Assembly: GCA_051294905.1 (NCBI GenBank)
Contig: CM119372.1
Coordinates: 4,402,001-4,466,000, forward strand
Length of the DNA stretch: 64,000 nucleotides
Source: Botryllus schlosseri
Lineage: Eukaryota
Direction of reading: 5' to 3'
Positions 38,447-49,540 of this stretch are shown piece after piece. The position numbers were made by a program, and so were the translations under genes. Positions within the stretch are counted from its first letter, which is position 1; each line of letters opens with the position of its first letter. The notes beneath the pieces were generated by a model. That model was given only the letters and a program-made list of their open reading frames with translations, did not search any database and was not told where the DNA came from.

Positions 38447-41353
38447 ATGTAGCGCACCCGCACAGTCGATGATGCATTTTGACGATCATACAGGTTGGAC
38501 ATTCCAAATTTTAACCAAGAATTCCATGTAAGCCTCGAGATTTGGACGTTTTTTTAAATCACTGGTGAAGTTGGATGATAACGCATGTTAGCATGGATTT
38601 GGACATGTATTCCCAAATTGAGGATTTGGGTTTTAGAATATGCACTTTATGCACTCCACTCAACTTTTGGTTTTCCACGTATTCAGCCACTTGTTATTTT
38701 TGTGACGCAATAGCCGCCCGATCGCTTATATCCTTGGAGTGGAAAATCAATTGACATGTGATGATCGTCTGAACTTGACTGTACATTTGTTCAATGTGTA
38801 CACGTACATATAGTAGTGCTATGTACTAATCGTTAAATCTTCACATTGAAGGATCGAGTTCCATTGGGAAAACAGAAAGGTATAGGGCAGGAATGAAAGG
38901 GCATGTTCCAAATTGAACGGAAATCTAATATTTTGTGTCGAAATATATGTTTTAAACCCGTTCAACGGATTCGGACGAAGATAATGGATTTGAATAGTTT
39001 TCTTTCCATAAATGATTTCACAGAACCCCTGTGCCCAGCCGCATTCGCGAGCTTGTCTTAATGCATACAGTGTTCAGTGTCGCAAAATAGGTTGGAAACA
39101 CTGCTACAAAATACAGCACGCAGGCATTCTGTCTGTGCATTCGCGTAACGTGCTGACAAATTGGTGTAGAAAAACCTCGATGCTGCAAAACCTGATTACC
39201 ATTGCCTAACGACAATGTTGTTCGTACTACATCCGCCCACAAAAGAACTAAACCGCCCTGCGTCGACGCGAGTAATTGCTTCACTTTGAAACGACAAGCC
39301 AGTGCTTTTCCACGGATGCCCCGATATTATTTCCTGTCAGCGTCTGCACAAGCACATGCATACTTAGGTAAAGAGCTCGGTCGCACCAGATTGGCTTATG
39401 CGAAGCTCTAGCGTTTTTAAAACATCCCTAATTATTTACGGCATTAGCTTTACAACAGGTCTCAAAAGATCAGCGCATAGCGCAGTAATATCGCAATATT
39501 GGCGAAATTTGAAGCATTTGAAGCTGACAACAAATCACTATGTCTGCGCTATGTGATGTCACAAATCCAACGTTGTCCGTGAGAACCGTTTGGTGGTGTT
39601 GGCAGGGCGTTTAGGAGGCGCGGCTATAGTATCTATATTTTGCCAGTGTTTTTGCGGGAATAACATATCAACTGAGTTGGAATAGTTCTTGATTAAATTA
39701 GATCATAATTGGAATTACTGAAACCTTGAAATTGAATAAAATTCTGAATTGGAAAAAACTACTACGAAAATTAAGCCCGGTTCATATCAAATCGAACATC
39801 GAAGTTCATTCTTATAAGCACGAGAACGGCAAATGTCTGTACAACTACACCAAGTTTGGCTGTAGGCTAAGTACAGTTCTACTGTAGCAAAGTAAGGAAA
39901 ACCATTCACTGGACTGGAGCAGAGAGACATTTGAAAATTCGATTAGAATTAGATTACCGTCATTTCGCTATATAGGCAGTCTCGTTGGACAACTCTGGTT
40001 GTCCAGGTTTGTGAATGCAACGATTCTGAAGTTTTGCCACTGTCGCCACAATTCGATGAGTTATCCATGCAATGAGTCTCAATGTAATGACTACAGCATA
40101 ACTATCTCATACTGTCGGAAAATACATACCGACGTAATTCGTGCTGGACTTTCGTTCCCCTTGTGTCCGATCGATAAAGCGCCCGGAGACGATCTCCGAA
40201 AATAATCCAGTATTCATTGATTTATGGACGCCGTGTAATTTAGTGAATTCTAGCGTGGTTGCGTGCCCTTTTCCCAAAACAGCCGAGAACGTTCGCTGTA
40301 GAATCGTTAGGCGGGTCTATTATATCTTTCCTGCGCGTCGCGTTAAAGATCCGTATTCCATGCGACCCGAATCAAGTAACCCGTGTCGATTCGAAGGTTT
40401 CTGGCATCCGTTCCTAGACTAGGTCCTCCCTCGCCATCTGATCCGCGATAGCGGTGTCTTTAAAAGCCTATAAAGTGAATCGTGCTTTAGGTCTGCAGCT
40501 ACAGAATCATAATAAAGAATATCGGCTTAGTGCAAATGACCATTGTGGTCAATAAACGCCATGAATACCACCAATAACAACAATTCCTTGTTAGACGGAA
40601 TTTATGATTTACGTCTGAATCGATTTGTATCCACCGTATAGCGTATTCTTTGGAGACGCTTGTCTCGTCTCTGCGTCAGGCGTGGGGGTTTTCCTAACCG
40701 GTCGCCCCAATCAAAGCATTTTGGGCTAATCGGAATCGATTATACTCCATGAATATTCGATTATATCCTGCGACATGGGGATTAGCCCATCTTTCGTTGT
40801 TAAGAGGCTGGATTTTGAGCAGATGCTGTGTTCGCCGCTTAGCGTAATTCTGTTTGACCGAATTTATACCAGGGAGTCTTTTTAACTTCTAAACTCTGGG
40901 TGGGAATCAACTATTTGTGCTATCGGACTATAGATGATGAGATAATAAGATTCAATTGAATAGAGTATATAATTCATATTGAAATCAACCCTAATGTTTT
41001 CGGTTCACACTCGTCATGAGTAATCGTCAGCAACTAGTAGAGAATTGGAAAGAACGTCACATTCGAATTCTCTATACTTCTTGCCGACGATTACATCTGA
41101 CGAGTGTCAGTAGGAAATATTCGGGTTCATTTCAATATGAATAATGAATATACTATTCGATTATATTAACCTATCGTACTTCACAATACCTCGAGGTTGT
41201 GTTCAGCACCTTATGCATATTGAAGTTCTCTACCTCCAATGCTATTTTATAATAATATTGAATTGCTGTCATGTATCAGTATCAGTGTAATGTAATAGGG
41301 CTGTGATGCGTTGTTCCGTCGTTTCCAAATCTTATTCCATTGTGTCGTTACAG

Positions 41354-41428
41354 GAAATGGATAGGATTGTGAACCAAATGATGCGTGTGGCAGAGTATCT
41401 CGGATGGGATGTCACGGAACTGCGCCCA
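41354..41428 (+). CDS. DGKB: DGK EF1/EF2 connecting exon ([25 protein letters not shown])
   Basis: Acceptor tgtcgttacag; donor CCA|GTAAGT; 75 nt, phase 0-0. Matches the motif QMM.VAEYL.WDVTEL.P. Absent from the ORF track. Confidence 0.96.
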
Positions 41429-43049
41429 GTAAGTAACATAGTATAGAACTAATTCTAATCTAATTTGTGAAATGTTGTTACCTCTAGTTTTAATTCTAAT
41501 CTAATTTATGATTTCCTGAAAATACTACATAGTGTGAAACGACCCATACTTGGTGCAGAGATATTTGCGATTCTCGTGCTCATGACAATAAACTCTGATT
41601 TGAACTTGATTTGTGTGGTATTTCTTTCTAATTTTGAATTAGATTTAATTTCCAAGTTTTGCGAATTCATTAATTCAAATCTAATTCATAATTCAATTCA
41701 TTCGAATCTAATTTTGAAAAAAAATGAATTATAATTATAATTCTAATTTAATTTTTAAAAGCTGAAAGTTTCCTACGGTTGTCCGTCTCTGGTCCAAAGC
41801 AGGGCGTGTATTTGCAAGAACAGGCGTGTTCAAAAGTCGTCCGTGTTTATTGCGATCGCTATGCATGCCACGCTGTAGGCCCGCAGCACACTCTACAACG
41901 CGCAAAGAATTGATCAGAGGCATGAAAACGTTCAGACATGTGTCTCTGTGTATCGTTGAGATTCCGCGCGTGAGAATATGTCTAAATCAGAATGTCCGCA
42001 ATCTGGGCAAATATTTGAATTGACGTCATAGCGCTGTTTGCCAGTGTACTTAATCTTTATAATATTGAGATTCTAAGCCGCGTGTTTATAGATATGTACA
42101 CACCACTACACAGCGAGACAGTTTGGCATTTTCAGTAACTTACATTCGCAATCCGCAAATATAGACTGTCTTGTTATTAATAGCAACGATATCTCGCTTG
42201 TCTTCAAGATTGATGACTGCGACTAAGGCGTTAGCAATAGTTGTTTCATTGTGACGTCTCAATGCGTTTCGATATGTCGTCCGCAGCGCATTTTCATAGA
42301 GATACAATGATACACGCCACAAATAGCATCGGTCACCGAAAATAGCCCGCGCAAACGTACACTACACTGCACGCATTGATGTTGAAACGGGTTTCGTACG
42401 CAACTGCATCTTGTAATGCGTTATTTTGCGTCACAGATGCGTTGGTTATATGCCGTCTTGTTCTGCTAACAATAGAGAGGATAGAGTTGCGTGCGTTTCA
42501 ATCTATTTTATGCGTGGCTTACGCAAGCTGCGTTTGCCGCGCTTCCTGTTGTAAGAGACATTGCATTTATAGAAGTCGTTCTACTTCGCAATCAATGGTC
42601 ATTTCTGTATCGGCAACAATGATATATCGGCAAAGTTGTAGTAAGCATGAAAGCTTACAAGTTGCTTTGTCCGTGATGCGTGCGTTTCGTGAGTAACCGA
42701 ACTACAGACGCTGTAACTGCGACCCCATTGATAATTTCGCTGCCTCGCTTCTGTCTGGAACTTGCTCGCCATCACCGGCTAGCGGGCGTCAATATTTTCC
42801 TATTGAAATAAACCCGTCAGGGATAAGCGTCAGCAACTAGTACATAATTGAATAGTATAACGCGACTTAAAGTAGTCTTTGGAATCGGACACCCACCTTG
42901 GCCTAGGCGAGGTAGAGAGGCATGCACACTGAATGAAAATTTAAGAAGAAAGGATCGAAAAAAATCAATCGACAAAAAATGGGGTGGCATGTCATGGAAG
43001 GCGAGATCGATAGGTCAGGTCGTGGTTCGGTAATCTTGAGGATGGACCA

Positions 43050-43320
43050 GTATTTATTTAGTAGTAATTGCTTGTATTTCGACTTGAATGTGGACTAGAC
43101 ATGGATATGCTCGTCGACTGTTGGATGGCCGGCGGGATAATGTTCCACACGTCACGTCCGGCATATTTGATAGAGCGATGATCTTTTCGGTCGATCATAT
43201 GATTTTTGAATGACGTGGACGCGCGTGTGTTGTACTTGTGCGCTTTTGATTCCGAGGTAAAAAAGTCATTGAAATATTCGGGGCAATGACCGCAGTGGAG
43301 CTGATACATAAACTTGGCGA
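43050..43320 (-). mobile_element. 3' end relic of a CR1/L2-group LINE ORF2
   Basis: Minus strand: KFMYQLHCGHCPEYFNDFFTSESKAHKYNTRAS...SIKYAGRDVWNIIPPAIQQSTS, then after a frameshift STFKSKYKQLLLNKY; typical HxYNTR / SIKYxG..WN..P / FKxxxKxxLL tail. Confidence 0.8.
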
Positions 43321-43510
43321 TATTCATATTGAAATAAGCCCGAATATTTTCAGCTGACACTCGTCAGGGGTAATCGTCAGCAGCTAGTAGAGAATTGGAA
43401 AGAACATGGTGTATCAACAATCGTATCACAAAATATGACGTCACTAGCATGAAATTTCGAATAAGAGAGCGTTCAATGAAGTTCTGTACTTCCAAGAAGC
43501 TCTTTAAATA

Positions 43511-44324
43511 TGTAGGGTTGCATTTAAAACAAATGGTTGTTTAAAACACTTTGTTTAAACAGTGTTTTAAACAAAGGCCTTTTTAAAGGAGCTTTGTTGT
43601 CAAGTTGAATAATCATACCATAATGGTTTAAATACTTTCCAAAAAACATGTTGTATGAGCCTACGGACGATTACCACCCGATATAGCCGACGTATACGAT
43701 ATGGGATGGTTTTAACCCTCAAAATAGTCGGTTCAACAGCTATAGTGCGTATATTTTTCGTCAAAGGAGCCATAATTACTAGAGCCCGACCGATTAATTA
43801 TATCGGTTCGCCGATAATATCGAGTCGATATTACACTTTGAAACAATTATCGGACATTGGACAATTTTAGTGACGTGACAACGTGAAGATACGAAGTGGA
43901 AGTATTGCTATATTTCATATACCTTACACTTTCATAGTGTCCTGATGCGACATTTCTAGTATATTATATATATTATATATAGTATGACAATGGCTGTAAA
44001 GCTGTTGAAATAAATGTTCCTGAAGTTTTGAAAATGCGTCTTTTGAAATAAATTCCACCTCATTTGATTATCGGAATATATCGGTGTTATCGGTGACGTT
44101 GTTAGATATTGGTTTTATCGGTATCGGCCCGAAAATCAAATATCGGTTGGGCTCTAATAATTACCCTGTATTTTCGATTGTCAATGTCAATCCACTATGA
44201 CGTCACAATCGAATGTTCGTGACGTCATGGCTTTAAAAACAATAACAATAAAAACAAGTTGTATACGAGGGTCTTGTTTTGAGCATGTTTGTTTTTAAAT
44301 TGATTTTTTTTATGCAACCTTATA
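43511..44324. mobile_element. Family H element carrying a nested hAT MITE
   Basis: Ends TGTAGGGTTGCAT / ATGCAACCTTATA. Removing the nested element plus one TSD leaves ~430 bp, similar to the 412-bp copy at 13962. Confidence 0.7.
43780..44156. mobile_element. 377-bp hAT MITE (TAGAGCCC ends)
   Basis: TIRs TAGAGCCCGACCGAT / ATCGGTTGGGCTCTA; perfect 8-bp TSD ATAATTAC; many atcgg/ccgat subterminal repeats. Confidence 0.9.
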
Positions 44325-44373
44325 TATATGCGACTGTTGATAAACTCATATTCGCAATTTATTCACTAGAAGC

Positions 44374-44570
44374 TTTTCTACTGATCCTCGTCGGCAGTGG
44401 CCGTCAGTATAATACGGAGATTGCAATTCGAAATATAAAGATGAAATAGGTAGTGTGACGTTGTTGTTGTTATACCATTCTTACGCCACACTACCTATTT
44501 CATCTTTATATTTCGAATTGCAATCTCCGTATCATACTGACGGCCACTGCCGACGAGGGTCAGTTGAAAA
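44374..44570. repeat. 197-bp near-perfect inverted repeat (88-bp arms, 21-nt loop)
   Basis: Arms 44374-44461 and 44483-44570 differ at 4 of 88 positions by my manual alignment. Confidence 0.92.
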
Positions 44571-44734
44571 TGTTGATATACTGTACAATGTTCTTTCCGA
44601 TTCTGTACCAGTTGCGGACGATTACCCCTAACGTGTGTCCGCCGACTGTATTCTGGTTTATATCAACATAAATGTACTATTCAATTTTATTTTGAAGTTC
44701 TGTGCCGTCAATAATCTCCATAATGTTTCGGCAG

Positions 44735-44854
44735 ATCCTTCAAGATATGCTGCATGATATCGACTACGACGGAGATGGAGTCGTAACTCTCGAAGAGTGG
44801 ATACACGGCGGCTTGACCACGATCCCGCTCCTTGTCCTGCTAGGTCTGGAAACG
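44735..44854 (+). CDS. DGKB: DGK EF-hand 2 exon ([40 protein letters not shown])
   Basis: Acceptor gtttcggcag; donor ACG|GTAAGG; 120 nt, phase 0-0. Canonical EF loop [12 protein letters not shown] followed by [12 protein letters not shown]. Confidence 0.97.
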
Positions 44855-47463
44855 GTAAGGGCAGGGGTAGTACGCTTTCTTATGCATGGGAATTGGGAGG
44901 AAATCAGGAGAAACGCAGTTTTGGCTGCGATAGAGCGTATTTTAGTCTTACATCCAGATGTGGTCAGTGACGAAGTGCCTCTACCTAAATTAACTGTATT
45001 TTAGGTAAAACTACTTACACCGACTTTTTTCCCACTATTAGATGCGGTCTACGAGATTGGATCCATTTCAGATAACTTATAATCAATCAAATATATCCAC
45101 CGCCAACTGCATTGCGCCCTACGATGATTACTTCGACCACCTCTGGTAAGATTACCGTGGCTTGGCATAAGGCTAAGATTCGCTCTCGCGGAAATTTGGT
45201 GGCTAGATTTGATTATTATCGTGAGGTGGCGCCGAAGAGTCGCATAGTTTTGATTGTTTAGAAAATTTAATCGATCGAAACGCAAAGCATAGCACTTGGT
45301 AGGCTTAGGCGTAGCACAATCCAGGGATAGGCAGAAACTGGGAATAGGAACAAAAATTGCAAGGATTATGCGCAACTACTCACAGTACATTTCGATGTCC
45401 CTGACAGGAAATTTACATAGGGAATGTTGCACTAGGATGGCGTTTACCATTCAATGGCATTTGAAACTTGCTGATTAGTGCTGCAAGAACACAGACCACC
45501 CGGTTGCTTCCGAGTCGAGTATTACATATGACTCTTGATGTGAAGGCGTCTATTTCCGGTACTCGAAGAACATCGACTCTCCCTACTCCACTCGAAGCAT
45601 TACGATTGATATTCGATTCGGAGTAGTCGAACCGTTGTGCTCGACCCTAATGGTTCTACGACGTTTGGGTTAAGACTAAGTTGTCAATTTTTGCAACCTA
45701 TCAAATTTAGGAAGTCTACGGCTATTTCGCTTCTTCTTGATGGTGATCACTTTTTCGCGGTAGCATACCATACGCCCATGCTGGGGAGCATTTAGTAATT
45801 AAAGTTCGGGATGACGCGTTTACCGCACGTATACTCCGCATTATCACACATTTAGCACTACCCCAACCGCTAATAATCATAAATTTACGATAATCCACAA
45901 CGCATGGAAGGGTGGGGTAAACATATCATACCCAAGTATGCGATTCGAGGCATTAGGAAAAGCGTGCACAGCATAATTGGAATTTGGATCCTTTTTTCAG
46001 GCGCGGTCTTTACTGTAGATACATAGATTGGTGGAAAATAGGTGTATTTTCAGGATTTCCACCATAGCTCGGTTGCTGAATCGGGCCTTCGGCAGCTTCT
46101 GGAACCAGTTTTCGCTAAAATTTGATTTTCAAGTATAAATCGCTACGAAACTCGCACCCGAAATCATTTTCTCTTTCGCGATCAGAATAGGACCGACATT
46201 TCAACACGTGGATTTGGGTTGACAGTAAAATTTGAAGAAGAAAAAAATCTTTAATTTTTTTTATATTAAATTCAAAATTTTCAAACTCCGGTGTGTTCAC
46301 ATCTACCCGATGGAATCGAGCCAAATTTGGTGTGCATCGTTTTTATAGGTAACCTAACAGTTTAGTCAGTGAATCCCTGGAATCCGGACAAACAAGTTAT
46401 TTTTCAACAACCACAGTGACCACTGGGTAAAGCTACAGTCTGGCAGTATAAATCCGGTTCAGCCAGTAGAGTCCAGTAATGTGTGCTAATGCGTGCAAAA
46501 AATCCGCGCTTTTTTGAAATCTGAATTCTGAGCAAACTCGCTTTGATCCGCCGAATTCGATTGCGTCACGATGCCCGTTCGTGCGTGGCTAACTAACTAG
46601 CGATTCGCTGTGACCTTTCAACAAGGCTTTCGCCGAACCTTACCTTAAATACACTCTCGTATTGGCTTTGGATGCTTCTCGATCAAGGCGAACAATCGGT
46701 GACATTTTGAGCTCGGCCGCTGTTTACACGTTGCTTCAAAAGGTCGTACTCGGCGGTTGCTCGAATATTTAAATATACACATCAACTATTTGTAATTATT
46801 TAACATTTCCTAGTACTTGAAACGTTGTATTCTTTGTTGAAACTACTGCCGATTCGATTTCAACTTCCGTAACGGACTCTAGTCTACTGACTCACTCGCC
46901 AGATATAGATTTTAACTCAAGGCTTGTATGGCACGGCTCTGACCTATAGCACAATTTCTGCGTTTGTTGCCTGTTTTGTTGAAGCCATCTCAAGTAGCAT
47001 CTGCGTAAGTTAAAATCCGAAACACGCATTTTCTGATAAATTGAAGGTCGTCTATATTGGAGATAATGACTTTGCCTGAGATTGATCTCTTCAATCCACT
47101 TTATTCTTCATATGAAGCAGTAATCACGACAGGAAGTTTCTGGCAATGGCATGACGTCAGGAGCTTGCAATGACTTCACAAACGTCACCTAAGACATGCA
47201 GTTCAAAATGAGACGTTCGTAATGGCTGTCAGCATTGTTCCCCGCCTTGAACACACCTTGAAGATGCGGCTTCGTGTCGTATTTGTGCCCTGGCGGTCGA
47301 TTGTACATTTACAAATGCCAGAACACTTCAATATCGATATTGTAATCAAACTATGTGGATAAAATGCTGCAAATTTAAAGGGTAATCAGCTAATCACTAT
47401 TTAGAACGCACGGACTCACATTTTCCGGAATGGCTATGGTTCGACGTGAAACTTACTGATAAC

Positions 47464-48307
47464 TAAGGCGATGTTTTTTACCTAAAAAACGGAAGATTTT
47501 GACCTATAAAATCAAAATTTTGACCAAATTTTGACCTCTCGTGTGTAAATTAGGTGTTTTCGTACGTAATGTTAGAATTTTACTACTTATCTTCATTTCT
47601 GGTTGGAACTGTCTGTCCTTACGAAGTAGCTTGGCCTGGAAAAACTTTTTTGACTGAAAAAGTGACAAGTTTTTACATGAAAAAACTTTATTTTAACGAA
47701 AGCTGGCCCTATGAAGAATTCCAGTAGTGACATCACGTATTATGGTAGAAATAATTGAAAAATTTGTTGTTGTTGTAGTACAACGACAGATACTGTCCTA
47801 CATTCTCGGGTAGAATGTGTCAGTCCTTACTAAGTAGCTTGCCAAGAATGGAGAAAGAACGTTAACAGCAGCAGTTGTTGGCTGGCAACACTGAAGTTGC
47901 GCGTACACTGCTGGTGACACACCGTGTTGCTTCATTCGGACAATGTTGCCTACATCACAATTTTTCATCATGTTCTTCTTGATATAAAAACCATGCAATG
48001 CCCACGCAGTCTTGCTTCAGTTTGGCTATTGCGGTACGTTGAGCATAACACCATATCAACATATTTGTTTCATTTGACCGTTTATGAGTCACAATGAGCA
48101 GACAACGCTCCGTCTACAACGGTGGGCCTATAAACTAGGCTACAAGCTGTAAAATTTCAAATGATAAGTTCACAGACAGTGCAAAATCTACGATACAAAT
48201 GAAATACAGGTTGGGAAAAAATGTTTGACTTTGTAAACAATTTTGACAATTTTTTGACCTAACGGTACAATTTCGTCTTATTTTGACATGATAAAAACAT
48301 CGCCCTA
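47464..48307 (-). mobile_element. 844-bp hAT deletion derivative, same family as 1217-1719
   Basis: TIRs TAAGGCGATGTTTTT / AAAAACATCGCCCTA; flanks ctgataac / ttgataaa (6/8). The transposase tail has a 1-nt deletion in VERSFS. Confidence 0.8.
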
Positions 48308-49184
48308 TTGATAAACAATCAGCACTGTAGATATGGATGGGAAATAGCTGTATTTACCTGATCTCTGCCCTAGTGTAAAGTTCTAATCAACCCATATGTA
48401 CTTTCTGGTACCGATTTCTGTTTTCACTGCTATTCGAATGAGGTAAAACGTGTGAAAAACACCAATCCTTATGGAGACCAGAGGTTTAGTGGGTACTATT
48501 TTACGTGGACCTCATTCTTGCGCCTTCGTGGTGGTCTACGAAAGCAGAACTTTTCCGCATCCGTTAGACTACAGAATTCCTACCTAAGTGTTGGAGGTGT
48601 ATCTGTAGGCGCCATATCGCCGACCGCTCAGCGTAAAAGTGGGCCGTGCTAAAAGTCAGCAACTTAGGAATCCAGGTGGAAGATAAAATGACCCAGATCG
48701 TCACAACACTATGACCACTAAAATAACTACTACGCCCCGGCCATAGCCCTGACTCTATAGCAGGGCGAAAGTCCAGCGAAAGAATACTCAGACGCGACCT
48801 TCCAGATCATGCTGGATCGGTCACCTTGTTATGAGCGAGTGACGTAATCGGTTTACGTCAGCGAGCTCCGTAGCGTTGCATAGCAACACTCCTTGAACCG
48901 ACCAGCGATCGCCGATAAGAAACCGGATTTTGATTCCGCGCGCTATTTTTGTAGCGCGGGAAAGAGCCGTTCCCATCGCAGGAATCTGAGCGCTGTCTGG
49001 CCGGTGTCATCCGCGCAAGGCTATTGCGTTGACAAATTAGCTGTTGCGGTCCCGTTTGAGGGAACACAGCGATCTTCTTTTTCACCCGGCGACCGATCTC
49101 ATCCAGGAAGATTTTTGGCAACGACTGGGTGGTTTTGTGACCATTATGTTCACGAATATACGACGTACTCGAATTGCAGATGTG

Positions 49185-49540
49185 GTTGTGGTCAGTAACG
49201 AAGAACTCATACTTTTGCGCTGTATACTCAAGTTAATTTTGCCTACTCTTGCACTACCAGTACTTACTCAAGTTGTTATGTTTTAGACTACTTTCACTAC
49301 TTCCTGGCAGTTTCTAGACGAAACTACTACTCTATCTATTCTGAATTGTTTTTAAAGTAGAGAGTAGTTCCGTGATAATTTTGCTTCTACCTATTTTATG
49401 AGTCAAATTGTCATAAAAACCGCGTGGAAGTATCATCTGAAACCATAATTAGTGGAGTTAGCTCAGTGCAAGTAAGAAGAACCTACTTGGGCACACCGAA
49501 AAATCAGACGTACTGACTACTTAGTTACTGACCACCTCTT
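49185..49540. mobile_element. Degenerate MITE rich in agta/tact subterminal repeats
   Basis: Ends gtggtcagtaac / gttactgaccac. Similar tacttactc-rich tracts at ~24900-25130 and ~18400-18620. Confidence 0.55.

Larger units (their letters stand above)
21860..48730 (+). repeat. Family F diverged ~300-bp repeat, three copies (span shown)
   Basis: Shared blocks ccgc..agcggtgt..taaaagccta..aagtgggccgtgct and aaaatgacc at ~21860-22130, ~40290-40630 and ~48530-48730. Confidence 0.65.

Noticed and set aside
42140-42322. Minus-strand frame ..INLEDKRDIVAINNKTVYICGLR with a GTAAGT donor
   Set aside because: No convincing acceptor and no phase link to the antisense candidate exons.
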